In this document: positions 14,491 to 27,800 of the stretch, piece after piece | Numbering within the stretch: position 1 is the stretch's first letter | How the letters are laid out: the number at the start of each line of letters is the position of its first letter | Source of the DNA: Iphione sp. A-MEVVRFRX5 | Taxonomy: Eukaryota | DNA: 64,000 nucleotides | Reading direction: 5' to 3' | Assembly: GCA_976226885.1 (NCBI GenBank) | Contig: OZ320315.1 | Span: 40,858,001-40,922,000, forward strand | Notes under the pieces: generated by a model | Told to the model about the DNA's origin: nothing | Seen by the model: the letters and a program-made list of their open reading frames with translations, nothing else | The model's database searches: none | Program-made: the position numbers and the translations under genes

Positions 14491-15222
14491 CTTGAATGAG
14501 GCATTGATTCTCTACTGTGGCAGGAGGACGTATATATATGTGTATGTGTGTAAAGCGACGGCGAGTTCTATAGCTATGGCGACAGGACGGCCTCCTCTAG
14601 TACATCACGGGGAGGCCAGACATTAATAACAAGTATCTCAGCAGTACTGTGATTCCTACTAAAAGGAATAACCTCTACAGTTAGCAATGTGGCGGTAGGC
14701 TTCCTAGGATCGTGACGCCTCTATAGTATATACATACAAAAGACCACAGCGCATGGCAGTGTGTACATTCACGACGACTGCCATGCTTTCCTCCAGGTAT
14801 TTTGTGCCGAGGCTCAGTCTATGTACGTGCCATGCGTGACCAGAATATGCCCACCTGACTTTTTACTTCCAGCACACCTTGGGCCGTGCGTGTAGCCGGT
14901 AAGGATCTTACCGTCCTCACGTAAACCACCGCAGCCGGCCATCTGCCTGCTCCTGCTGCTGATGCTGACGCTCCTGCTCCTGCTGCTGCTGCTACAGGTC
15001 ACACCGGCGTGTTGCAGTTTCGCACTGCCATCGCCGGCGGCGGTGAGGAGGCCCGGCTGAGGAGATGGTAATCCAGCGGGCCGTGAGACGCTGACACCCT
15101 GGGAGGGGAAGCAGCCAGCTCTGAGGGCGGCAGGAGCCGGGCGTGCTTTACACGTCACAGCTCCGGCTCCGCCGGCCCCTGCCGCCGCGGCGGCCATGGC
15201 CCGCCATCCCAGACGCCGTATG

Positions 15223-16284
15223 CTATGTGATCGTCGTCGAGTGGCGATAGAGTATCTTGTCACACGAGCTGAGACACTTCTGCACGGTGTCGTTGACGCC
15301 CTGAATGTCTCGCTGGTGTGTGGCGGCGGCAGCGGTCGCGGCGGCAGCAACGGCGGCTGCCGCGCTTGGATTCTCGGCGCTGGCGCTGCGGATGATAGGC
15401 GTCGGCATGACGCCCGATACTGCCGCCACGCACGAGCGGGCGTCCAGCGCCGTGGAGGTGCTCGCCGTCGTGTCAGAAGCCCCATCGAGCAGCTCGACGG
15501 ACGAGCGCGGCGTGGTGAGGGTGGAGAGCGAGCGGCGCACCTGCGGCGCGTCGGCCGACTGCGTGCGGCGCGGCCAGCTGGAGCACTCGGCCATCGAGCG
15601 GTTCCACTCGGCCCGGATGGCGTTCAGCTTCTCCTGCGTCTGAACGCGCGTCCGCTCCATAAGGTCCTCCAGCGAGCGCTCTATGTCTGACTCTGTACGG
15701 AAACTGAGGCGCACCCTGGAGGGAGCGCTGGCGCTACTGTCGCTGCGAGCCAGTAGGGGGCTAGGCGATGAGCCGCGTCCCATCCCCGGCGGCGGCGCGC
15801 CGTCAGGCAGCGGTGTCGACGTCTGGCGGCGAACCGGAGGCCTAATGGCGATGGGCGAACTGGCGCCCGGCCAGCTGAAGCGTGTCCGGCCCAAGCCGTT
15901 TGGGGCAACCGGAGAGGCCATGCTGGTCGGTGCGCCGCCGCTGGTCGCCGGCGGGGATTGCATCGAGTGCTGGCGGTAGGCGCGGCTCCAGCTGGCGCTC
16001 TTCTTTACCGCCGGTGACATCACTAGCGGGCGTTTCGGCGACGAGTCGAGGAACTTGGTCAACTCGGGCGGAATGCCGTTAGCGTCATCGCCACGGGGCA
16101 GCCGTAAGGTGCGCTGGATACGGTCCCACAAGGTCTCCCTGCTACGGCCCTTACGAAACGTCCACGTTAAGGTGAGCGTGATCTTGTGGTGGCCGTCAGT
16201 GATGTTCCACTTGAGGCCGTCTCGATACTGCTGCATGTGGAGCAGGAACTGAATGACCACCCTGGGCAGGCCGTACGTCGACAT
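15223..16284 (-). CDS. Intronless host ORF, 353-aa protein of unknown function
   Basis: Uninterrupted GC-rich frame in AT-richer surroundings. ATG at 16284 has a good context (ccagccATG); the track start at 16299 is a GTG. Ordered-looking N-terminus MSTYGLPRVVIQFLLHMQQYRDGLKWNITDGHHKITLTLTWTF, S/P/R-rich middle, amphipathic segment ESDIERSLEDLMERTRVQTQEKLNAIRAEW, C-terminus VQKCLSSCDKILYRHSTTIT. Family not recognised. Confidence 0.78.
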   Translation of the reverse strand: MSTYGLPRVVIQFLLHMQQYRDGLKWNITDGHHKITLTLTWTFRKGRSRETLWDRIQRTLRLPRGDDANGIPPELTKFLDSSPKRPLVMSPAVKKSASWSRAYRQHSMQSPPATSGGAPTSMASPVAPNGLGRTRFSWPGASSPIAIRPPVRRQTSTPLPDGAPPPGMGRGSSPSPLLARSDSSASAPSRVRLSFRTESDIERSLEDLMERTRVQTQEKLNAIRAEWNRSMAECSSWPRRTQSADAPQVRRSLSTLTTPRSSVELLDGASDTTASTSTALDARSCVAAVSGVMPTPIIRSASAENPSAAAAVAAAATAAAATHQRDIQGVNDTVQKCLSSCDKILYRHSTTIT

Positions 16285-17519
16285 GGCTGGTGACGTCACT
16301 TACGTCAGCGGCGCCTCAGTTTACTGTCTCTTACTTCTTCTGTCTTTTGCTGATATATTATGCTTGTTGCAGGGTTTTCCGATGTTTATTATTTTGTCTT
16401 CTTCTTTCAACACAACACCGCTGGAAGCTTTGGTTCAATTTTCTTAACCGTTTTCTTGGTTGCTAGGCGTTATCACCAATAGAGTTCCTCAGGCGGACTA
16501 CCTCTCCTCGAACTTCATGATGACGACTGTTGTCAGGCATGACATTGATCAGATTCTTTTTCAGAAGGAAACTTAAACTCTTAAACTTGTGAATATCGAG
16601 TGTAAAATTGTTTTGGAAACTGTGTTGCTTTATCTCGTTGATATGTTTTCGGCCTGTGATTGTTAGACTGTTATGTTGCTACGTGTGAGCTGGAATGGTT
16701 GTTGATGTCAGTAGTTGTGATGCCAATTGCAACAAGTTGTTTCGGTTGTGTCCTGTCAATTTAATCAGTATTTAATGATGGGTGATACCCCTGAGTTGGA
16801 GGGAACTATAAAGTGACTTCCAAGTCAGCTGCAGACCCACGACCTCTACGCATAGAGGTGTGAAAACCGAAATAGAAAACGTCATGGGTGAATGTGTATA
16901 TACGATCATTCATGTAGGTGTAAAGATGTGTGAGCTGGGTGTGCTGTGTTGCGTGGACGTTCAAGCTGTATCAAAGTTTTGGCTCCTGAGTTATGAATTT
17001 ATTTATGCGCCCTGAGAAAAGCATGCAAGTTAGTACATGCTACAATGCACCCATGTACGATTTAGTGCCTTCTTCTGTGGATTGTCACGCGAGTATTTCT
17101 AGGTGTACCCCCCGGTTTTAAAACGATTCTGGTAAGAATGAGTTAATCCTCTTTGCTCTGTCAGCGCTTTCTTTCCTTGATAATTCGTAAACGTTGACAT
17201 GGAACTTAGCGTGAAAATGAAAATAAGCAGTATGCAGTTTGTTGGTTATCAACGGCATCCTTATTAAACATGGTGAAAGCGGTGTGCTAGAGATCGCCCC
17301 CATCTTAAAAGTACAATCCTTTGAATTCTCCAAAAATTCTGAAACACCATCTTCATTATAAGGATCATTTACTTTCAAGCAGGCAGGCCGCGTCTCCAGA
17401 CGCGAGGACGTCCCAAAGTAATCCCATGCACATTTAAAAAGAAACGAGTGAGTTTAAAACGTAGCGCTGCAGGGATATCGCTCAGATACGATCTTAACAG
17501 AATGCAGTATGAACAGTAT

Positions 17520-18316
17520 GTGTGTATTGCTCAGACAGCAGTCGACCATCCACGGCAGCACCTGCCGCGGTTTTCGGCACACACTATCGCCTCCTGGTGA
17601 TAACGCCTGGTACTAGGCTTCATAAGGACCTGCACGGGGACCTGGCGGGAACGGAGTTGAGAAGGACAGAGGGTGTTATTCTACTGTATTGGGTGCTGCT
17701 TCTATTGCTTCTGCTTCTACTGCTGCTGCGGCCGTCCTGTCCTCCAATACACCCCAGCAGTCCGTCATAGTCAAGACCGTAAAAGAAACGTCTGCTGCTC
17801 TGTCCCTAAGCGCTGCATCTGCTTGTAACCCTCCACCTGCTCGTCCATCTGCTGCTACTACTCCCTCTCTGCCCACCACAGCAGGCGTGTGCTTTTCTTG
17901 CTGCTGTATTGTGCAGCCGTATTGAAATCCCCGCTCCTGTATTTGTTCTGCTAGTGCTGCTTCTCTCCCTGTGTCGAACGTTAGTCCTCGTCGTCCTGCT
18001 GCTGCTGCTGCTGACTGGTCGGTGGTGACTGGAGCCGGACACCGTGTCGTCGTCGCCTCCGTCCAGAGAGCCATACTCCGAGCCCGGGCGTGTGCCGTCG
18101 CTCAGCTTAAAGCGCGGTGATGGCGGCGGCAGCGGCGGCCGCGGCGGCCGTGCTGCGGCCTCCGCAGGTGGGACGACGCGATCCTGCCTCCTCCTCTCCC
18201 TCGACGACGACGACGACGACCACAACGGCGACGACGGCGGCGGTGGTGGTGGTGGTGGTGGCGGCGGCATCGGCGCCCGAACGACGGCACACCTGGCCCA
18301 GCACGGGCAGTGACAT
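17520..18316 (-). other. GC-rich candidate exon (coding or 5' UTR) with triplet repeats
   Basis: Minus-strand acceptor ctctgtttgctgtatttcag|ATG at 18317/18316; open frames of about 130-170 codons follow; (CCA/CCG)n, (TCG)n and (CAG)n tracts. No donor identified. Confidence 0.35.
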
Positions 18317-20856
18317 CTGAAATACAGCAAACAGAGAGTTGCGTGGAGCACAGGCCTCTTGAGATAGGAAAGCATGGATGGGACACAGCCCTCACGGCCA
18401 TCAGCAGGGCAAGTGGGGAAGGGGATGCAGTAGCGGAGGGGGGGGGGAGGGGTGAGGGCCGTCTGTAGCGTAGGCGTTGTTATGATTGGATTTGTAAGTT
18501 AGGAACGTTGGGTGACTGTGCTAACAACACTGTATGGTCTTGCAAACTCGGCAAGCAGATCGATAAGATGTTTTTTAGGCTTATAGGGACACCCAGGGAG
18601 GAAGTAAAGAATTTGGTTAATGTTAGATGCATAATTAGAGTGACTAAAGTGTGTTGGCTGGGCAGCAATCGTGACCTTTCGGCTAGGGTGTCAGCTGCAA
18701 TAGAGGCGAAGTAATTTTCGTTCATCACTCTAGCAGTGAATCTTATGCAAGGTAATCATTTTGAATGATGGCGGGTATCGTTACTTGCACTATCAAGATT
18801 TCAACGATGGATGATTTGCTGTGTAAAGCCCGGGCTTCTTGTCCTATTTAAATATTGATCCCAAGCTGAAATCAGGGCCGAGGCAGAGTATATAGTCAGT
18901 GGAACGTGACACAATCTTAGGTGTAATTCCCCTTTCTCAATGTTTTTAGATTAGTTCAGGGGATGCGCTGACGGGGTTTTGGGGTTAGTTGGACTCACGT
19001 GAAATGAATTGAGTTTTTCGATGGTAGGAGGGCGTGCGAATGTGTGTGAGGAGTATCTGGACAGGAGGAACGCATGGAATTTTGGACCTAATTTGTTGTT
19101 CTGACTATCCAAGATCTCTATAAGATATGGAATGGTTGGGGAATGAATGGAAATTATAGACAAATAGCAAATGATGTACTACGAATGGTGTCTTATACAA
19201 AAGGCATCCGAATTATATTCATACATGGTAGTGTCAGTCCACTGTTATCAGAATGTCAAAGGTATGAAAAACCTCATGTACATGTAAATGTGTGAATGTG
19301 ATGGTGACGTTTGATGTCTGTGCTTCTACTGAATTGCATTAGTTCTGTTCTATCTAGCCAAAGTCATTAAATACAATGCGTCAGGAGTAATATATACATG
19401 TACGTACGTATCCATGTCAGCGAAAATATGACATGTAGGACACAGCTGATATACATGTACAGTATACGTCGGTCCCATACAGATCTGGAGGTTTGGAAAC
19501 GGTATAATTGATACCTGCAGAATTCAACCAAATGACCGTTTGATCTCCACAACCCAACAAAAAGCCTAAACTAAGCGAAACTCCTTCTTATAACGAGCTC
19601 ATTTTGTTTCAGGTTCAGTGCCTCACCTGATCACGGATCATTGAACAGGAAGAATTCTACTCTTCCCGTGTTCTAACACGGAAGTTCGTGCACACAGTAC
19701 TGAATGGTTGACCAAGATACACGCCATACTGGGTATTGTCAAACGCCTCTTAAATTGGGTTTGAACTTATCTTTGCGCTGTCGCTAACTTCTGTGCTGCA
19801 CTATCCTCTCTTGTTCCCTCTCTCTATTTTTGTGAACTGCCGAAATCGAGAGCTCTCACCGCCTGGACCTCTCGTTACGAACAATGGACATCTGAACTTT
19901 TGTTCCTGAAAAAAAGTTTGTTTACTCTAGTGTTCCCTTACTTATGTCACCTTCCCTTTCACATTTTTAATCAACACTATTGAACCTTGCTTTGGCACAT
20001 CTCTTCAGATCCGTCCAAACTCACTAGGAAAATGGATTTCACAAGAAGTCACACAATCATCATTTCCAGACGATAAAGGAAAGAGAAAAGTTATTAAAAA
20101 AGCAGGAGATTGTGTGTATACATGTGTGTAGATGTGCATTTGTACAGATGTCTTGCCGGTACACGCATGCTTTCCTTCATATGATCTAATGCCTACATGT
20201 AGTTTTCCCACCAAGTCTTTTGGCAGTCCACTAAAACGTCTCGTTTTACTACAAATATTGTCATTTGTCATAAGATACGAACAACTTGAAAACTTTCCAG
20301 AAGAGACCAGTCATATTATTGCCCTGCGGCCCTCATCTGACCCCATCTTCTGCCTATTATATTATTGAAAACGGCCCGAGGCCTCGCTACCTTGCCATAG
20401 CATACACCTACTACGCCGACCTAGATGCATTCTACAAGGCATTTGGAGCTCTTTGGTTCTGGTGACGGCCCTGCCAATAACATTGCTTTGAAGATACCGG
20501 CGAGTAAATAGCAGGAAATGGCGTCATGTAATAAAATGGCTTGAGGCCCTTTTAACAATTTAAGGTGCACCTTACCATTACAGAGAGACACGAGCAATCC
20601 GAAATCATTATCATAATCATGCATAGCACACATGTCTCACTATTATTTGTTATCGAAGCCTTTGAGAAAGGTGAAATATGTGCCTTACATTGGAGGCGAA
20701 TAGTATGGGGGGTATGTATTTTTATACGGTAATTACCTGACAAAATTGGTGATCAGACAGGGAGACCGATTCAGAGCGCAGATCACGACAGCTGATATAA
20801 TCGCATTGGCGTATGACGAGAAAATGCAGGTAGGAAGAAATTAGCGAAAAGACGAA

Positions 20857-21003
20857 NNNNNNNNNNNNNNNNNNNNNNNNNNNNNNNNNNNNNNNNNNNN
20901 NNNNNNNNNNNNNNNNNNNNNNNNNNNNNNNNNNNNNNNNNNNNNNNNNNNNNNNNNNNNNNNNNNNNNNNNNNNNNNNNNNNNNNNNNNNNNNNNNNNN
21001 NNN
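20857..21003. other. Assembly gap (N run), flanked by (CA)n/(GACA)n microsatellite
   Basis: 147 N; (GACA)n follows at about 21020-21058. Confidence 0.99.
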
Positions 21004-21339
21004 ACACACACAGAAACAGAGACAGACAGGCAGACAGACAGACAGACAGACAGACAGAGAGGGAGAAAACACGTGCGGATTCGTTTGGAAGTCATCACGT
21101 GAGAAATATTCCAGTACACATATATCACACAAGTTGGTCCAATAAAGCGGTCATACTATGGGATGACACCGTCGTTTTACGTGTTGTGATAAAGCTATTT
21201 CACATTTATAAGTGTGTGATATGCAATCGCTATGAAAAAATAATGCTCTGTGTATGTGTGTATGTGTGTATGCGTGTCATGCGTGTGTTGATGTGAATGT
21301 GTATGTCGGTGGGTAAATCTGTAGATCTCCTCACATTAT

Positions 21340-21800
21340 AGGGCGCACCCTGGATAGGATTTTTTGGCGCCAGACTGGCCATATAAAAACGTTACCATGT
21401 ATCGTTTTGAAGCACTTGACACTGATGGGCGATAAGGTATGTAGGTGCTTTCAGCGCTCACTCCCCTCGTCCTCCCCGTGCTTTTGGACTCCTTGTTACG
21501 GTTAGTGAAGCGTCGCTTCTTGATGATTCCCTGCGTCCATGTATCCAGACGTGTATCTGTCCATCTCTGTGACACCTCCTGGCATCGTATCCGACATGTA
21601 CGGGGTGTAGAGCTGGAGGTTGAGGACCACACTTCGTACTGCTGGCCACACTGTGAAGTGCCGGGATGGAAACAGGGACACTCCCGGCGTGGAGGTGTGT
21701 TTCTGTCGATGTGATGCTTCTACAGCGTATGCATCAGTAAGTGGGACCCCGAGGTCATGGCGCAGTGTAGCGTTGCTAAGGAGTCGAGCCAGGACCCTTC
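21340..21800 (+). mobile_element. Decayed tyrosine-recombinase fragment, DIRS/Ngaro-like retroelement
   Basis: GHSRRGG (21676-21696) resembles the YR GHSFRRGGA motif; SWRSVALLR (from 21755, shifted frame) resembles GRWxSxAYxxY. Catalytic residues are degenerate. Confidence 0.45.
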
Positions 21801-24800
21801 TCACGACTGCTCCCCCTTCGCCCAGCGGGTCCTCCTTCTTTCGCACGTCCGCTGCCTCTCTACCCTGCCGCGCCTCTTGCCAGCCGGTGAATAGCGGTAG
21901 ACCCCCTGACCCTAATAAACCGCACGAGCCACCTGGCCGCCCCGCTCTCACCTCTCACCACACCTTGATCAGCCGACGGGAACCGCTGCGGACGGCCTCC
22001 AAGCCCGCCGCCCTTCCCCCTCTTCCACACAAACAGGCAGCACCCCGCCTCCCTCAGCTTTTGTCAGGACTTCTTCCTAGGACGCCGCACCACCTCCGCT
22101 TGGGTAGGATGTTATTTTTCTCAGGGGTTGAAACCGTCTAACCACTTCTCAGTCTACCCGGAGTTCTCTAGTGCTGCCAAACCATACAGTGTTGCCTACA
22201 CCTGTCAATGTCCCTACTATTTAAAGAAACTCGGGCTGTTGTGCGTTCTTGTGTTTCCTGCAGTCCGACACAAATTTGACTAATATTTATGAAAAGCCTT
22301 CTGTGTCCTTTTCCCCTCGTTCAGCGTACTGCTTCTCAACTGCCTCATCTCATTATCCCCCACACACATTACTCGGTGAAGTAGACCTGCCACTTGCCGT
22401 TGTTATCCTGCTTCGCTCATACATATGTTACAGACTAATGGATGTGCAGACAATCCAAGTGGACTATGCGTACATAGGGACGGAGCTATTGATTTTAGGA
22501 ACCAACAGGTCAAGTTGATCAATCAGTCCGTATAGGATAGCCAACAGGTCGGCTTATTTGTCATGCATCGACCTCTCCTACCTGACCCTCGTGTGACCTC
22601 CAGGGTCATAAAGCGCGCGCCGTCTCTCCCACTCAGGTATATCATAGCAAGCCATATCCACCGAGATAGGACAAACTCAATCACACAGGTAGCACCCCCG
22701 CCCCCCTCCCACGACCGCCTACCGAAGCCGGTATGCTCACCTGTTTACTGATCCTCCCTCAGTATTTACATATCCGAAAGCTTGTGAGTATCTGTAGTCA
22801 TCCACCTTGTTGCGAAACACGAACTCTCCCCTCCTTGTTCGCCATCTGTATATTCGTCTATAATTTCTCACCGTTCGCTTCGTCTGGTGGTTTTAGGTGC
22901 TTGTGCGAGTCAATTGTAGCCGGTACGGACTCTGTGGATCGGTTCTCATCACTGGCCACCTCTTCTATCGACGCTGGCGTGGCTGACAGGCAGAAACTAC
23001 GGCCGTTCTCCGAACAAAGGCGCTACAGCTTAAAAAAAGTGTTTGGCTTGAGACTGTGTTTCACGTTGGCTGTTTTCTTCTGCCTTGCCACATACACCAT
23101 ATCCCGATCACGTCCCAGCGGGTCCGGGAGTCACGGTGGCGGGTTGGGCGGCGCTACCCTCGCCGACGGCCCGACCCCAGACGGGGCCCCGCCCGATCGG
23201 CCCGCCATCCCAGGGGATCTCCATCCCTTTCGACGACCTGAATGTCAGTCTAGCTTCGATTGCGGGAGGTCCGCCCTCTCCTGTCATCCGATCGTAGTCT
23301 AGTGGCAGCGGCCGTGGTGAAGGATGAAATAGTGTCTCACAGCGGTGCTAGTGGGGGAAGTGGTGGGGAAATCGTCGTAGAACTTCACGCCGCGGCTCAA
23401 GTGGTGGCGGTGTATGTGTGTCACTCTGGATGTAAATGAGGAGGTTTTGATCGTGCTGGCAGGAGTGGCGCAGGCCGACTCGAAACTGGGCTCAAGCTGC
23501 TTGTAGCAGTGAACTCCGTGTGTGTGAGAACTCCGGCCGAACCGAGAGATCAAAGTACGATGTAGTTTGGGTTGCTCGCTCTCACCATCACGGTCTAAAG
23601 GCCTGCCTCCCCTGTGCTTGATGTTTTCTCTGCCCAGCTATCAGACAGTCCCCGCCCTGCATCGCAATCCGGAAGGTATGCATACACTTAGATATATAAT
23701 GTACATCCACATATGCATTTACATGCATCCATGCATACAAACGAATGTGCAGCGAATACAGAGATAGAATTACACATATATACATGTATGTCCGTATACA
23801 TGTAACAGAAGCAGTGTCCATAAGATATTCATTTTTCCCACATATACACAACAGACATACACGCGTGCATACAACTTAAATGCATGCAAACATACACAAG
23901 AGTACACATGTTACACACATATATGCACACGCCTGCATGCAGAGATGTAGGATAGTGTTCGAGTAGCGATACTTTGTTTACGGCTCCAACTCCTACATGA
24001 AGGTGGACCCACTGCTCGATCCGAGACAACATCAGAACTCATTCTTTCGCTCTTTTTAAGCGCCCAGTGGAGCTCGGCTCATATTACTCTTTCTCTGACA
24101 CTCCTCGTCATCTTGGCCATAAAAAAGCGCTGACGTTCGGCCCCCTTGTTAGTGGGCGAGTTGGCGTGTGGCGCCAGTCACTGTTGATCCTTGCGAAAAT
24201 CCACCAATATCCCATCACAACTGCCTTGAATGGGGGCTGCCGGTCGTCCTTTCATAATTTTTCAACCACTCACCGTGCTACCTTTCAGGGACGATAAGCT
24301 TGGGTGAGTGTGTTTGCTTACAGGTGCTCCTCCAAGTGAGAACCGTCTGCTTGATGTGCATGTTGGCTTGTTTCTGGCAGTCACCTGATTCGTCCTCAAT
24401 TTTCCAGAAAAGTGTATAATGTTGCATCATCCTGGCGCTTACATGTGTTGCTTTGAGTAGTGGGAGGGTTTTTCTCAAAAATACTTTTTCTTTTCTCGGG
24501 AATAAATAATAAATTTTGCTCCTTTTTGTGACTTACGTCTATCAAATTCACCATGAGTTCTTTTGCCGTGGACAAAACGAACGCTTTATAAATATTAGTA
24601 AGATAATACATGTAGATACGATGATTTAAGATAGAAATATCCAAATATGTACATTCACTAAGATAGGTTTCTTTTCAGGTCAACAGTGACCTTTGTATCC
24701 TACTCGGTATATCAATGCACCCACTTCTACATGAGCAGATGTTCTCTGCTCTCATCTATCTCACTTCTTTTACCGTCACAGCTAGCTCTCATTAATCTTA

Positions 24801-27800
24801 TTTTTCCGGTCATACCTTGACCTTCTCGTTTGAAATATGCCTCACGACTTTATCATTGCTTGTACATTTTAACTACAAGACCCGCTTTGTCTGTGCATTC
24901 TTCATTTTCTATACATATATGTTATTTTTTTTACTCGTGAGTTGCGAATCGATTATGTATGTATGTTGCACCACGTTGAGTGATGTAATAAAACACAAAT
25001 ACCATACACCCTTCCAAACGTTAAAAAAGTGATCCTCATGCTCTCCTAATCGTCTCCCCCTCTGTAACTTCCATCTCAAACAAGAAAGACAGTCGGATCA
25101 TAAGACCACTCATCACAGGCAAGGCACATCTGTAAATGTCATTGGCAGATTCGAAGCTACGTAGTGAGAGGATTACTGAATTCCGGAAAGATGAGCTGGT
25201 GAGCTAAGGCTGGTAAGAATTAAACGTCGAAATAAAGGATGGAAAGGAGAAGAAAGCGACATGGATTGTTTCCTGATCAATAACCGGAACGGACGAGGGC
25301 TCTGATGAAACGAACACGAGACACTGAAAGGAGAGGGAAGAAGTTTAAAAAAAGATGAAGACAAGATATGGAATGAAGACACAGTAGTAGGAAAAGGGTT
25401 AGTATGACAATCATAACAACAATACATAATCCACTGATGGATACACATATCTAGGATATTCAGGCATATATAGTTCATCTAAAACAGAACGATGCAAATA
25501 CAGTGTAGTGACAGGAGGTTGAGGAGAGGGAAGTATGTTTGACCATGGTCTATAACTATAGATTTATAGATTTAACCTACGGTGTACATGTACTTGAATC
25601 TGGCATGCTATATGCCAGACTAGTATATCTGTCAAGATATCCGTAGAATATGGTGCGAATTTGTAACCAAAATATTTATTATTAAGCTGTAAACAGTTTT
25701 AAAGCCATATTATTCCATATTTTCTGCGCCTCTTTCAATGGTATGCCGATGACTGGCAATTTGGCAGCTTCAATTTCTGACGATCAGGTTACTAATCGCC
25801 TGAATCTCTTGGGATTTGCCATCAGATCGCCGGAATTCCTCTAAGATTTTTTGTTGTTGAAAATCTGACATCATGAAACTCTAGAGATCTATATAACTGA
25901 CAGTGTGAATTCCTGATTATTTGCATTCCGACTCAAAGAAAACGCTCGTAGAATGATTTTGATGTGGGCGAGAGTGTGAGAATAAAGCCAGGTGGAAATG
26001 GCTCCGTGACATGAGAAAGCACATAAAATCGATTACTTGGCTATAGATCATAGTATATAATCAACTGGCATTGCGGTGGCCGTAGATTTGGCATTTAAAG
26101 GGAAAGAGTTTATTTCATACATCGAACAAAAGAAGCTTAGTTTATACATTGGGCATGCTTTGATAACAGTCTTGTCCCTATCTGTAAGGTTGTATAGATG
26201 AAGGGCGTCAGGTGGCTTATCTGGTTGCGTCCCTCGGGGGATACGGTGGCCGTTCATCAAGTCACTGATGATCCAGTTACACACTATATAAATGCATCAG
26301 CGAGCAGCTGCGTGTGGCTGAGAGCGAGCAGTTGAGTAGAAGACCCTTCCATGTGCCACGGCCTGTACCTCACTCTCCCATTCGACTCTTTCTCTCTCTC
26401 TCTCTTCGTCTCCCTCGTCGCCCTCTCTCCCTCGATCACCTCTCACCTCCTCAACCTTTCCTGTCCCTGTTGCCCTGTATCTGAGCTCTTAATTCCAGTC
26501 TTAGCCGCAGAAGGAATTGCACTTTGAGGAATCATTTCCTGCAACACTAGAGCGCCCATAATCTCATTAGTTGGGGATCACCGTTGGAAGCGCCGTATTA
26601 TTTACGGTAGTTTTCGACTCCATTCAACAAGCCTCACGAGAGGGCACAACATGGCCGAAATTTCTGCGTAGGCGTCATTATTATCGCCTCTGGGACATAA
26701 CACAAACCTGGCAACACCCTGAGAGGCGCCGGTACCATTGTAGCAGAGGGCGATAATAAGGGTTTATTGATACTTAGATGCGCGTGACAGATCGTCGTGA
26801 TGGATGTTTGACTGGTTAGACGCAGGGTCAGGCCTGTATAGCATATCAATCATGGTCGCCGGCGCCGCCGCCGTCTCTGTGTCCCCGAGGAACGGTTGAG
26901 AAGAGGCTCTCTCATACTCCTAAGGGCAGATGACCTTTTGGTGTATCTCACTCTATCTTCCCTGACCATCTATCCATTTTCATCTGTTGTTTCTATCTCA
27001 CCACTGCCCGCTCCTATCATCAGATTCCCATTCATCATCCACCAGCTAGGTGCCCTCTATCAAAGGCTTCTCCATTGGGGTCCATATAGAGTCTATTCTT
27101 CAAGTGATCGATGTTTCGTGCACGCATTATTCTACGTACATTTGAAAGAGAGCAAGAAAATACAAAATGCACTTAAAACCGACACTGAAAGGATTCTTCT
27201 TTTAGAGAGTTGTTGGGATCTCTTTTCGCCTATTTCTCTCTAGCTGTGACTTAGTACCTCATTATCGTTATAGTTACCTCATTCTCCGAGGTTTGGGGAT
27301 AGGTTGTGTTCCACTCGTCGCCTATCCATTCCCCCCATGCACTGGATCCTGCTGCATTCCCCTTCCTCTTCAAGGGAAGCCTGTGGAAGCCATCAACATA
27401 ACAGGAAGAACGTCTTTGCCGCATGGGGCAAGCGGCGGGATTCTCCTCCCGTGTGTAGTGATATGAGGCAATACATGTTCATGTACATACGAATATCAGC
27501 ACGTACGTCTAACTTGGGCGCATCGAGAACCTGACGTACCTGAATGACAACACATTTGACGTATGTGATAACTGCATTTTTTAGGGCAGAAATCTATATA
27601 ATACCCAATATACATATACATGTACATCAATGCTGAAAGAGCCGATAAGTGTGCTAACTAAAAATTAATAGGTCGAGGTATACGGCACACGGGCACATTG
27701 CGAGCTGTTAATCTCTTTACGATCTAATTAAAAGAGGAAGGTTTTTTCACCTAAAAAAAATCAGCTCGGCGCGGTCTAATGGCTATGGTGATGTACATGT

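Noticed and set aside
14814-15690. Long overlapping ORFs (14814-15485 minus, 15196-15690 plus and others)
   Set aside because: Shadow frames of GC-rich coding or 3' UTR sequence; Arg/Ala-rich with no motifs.
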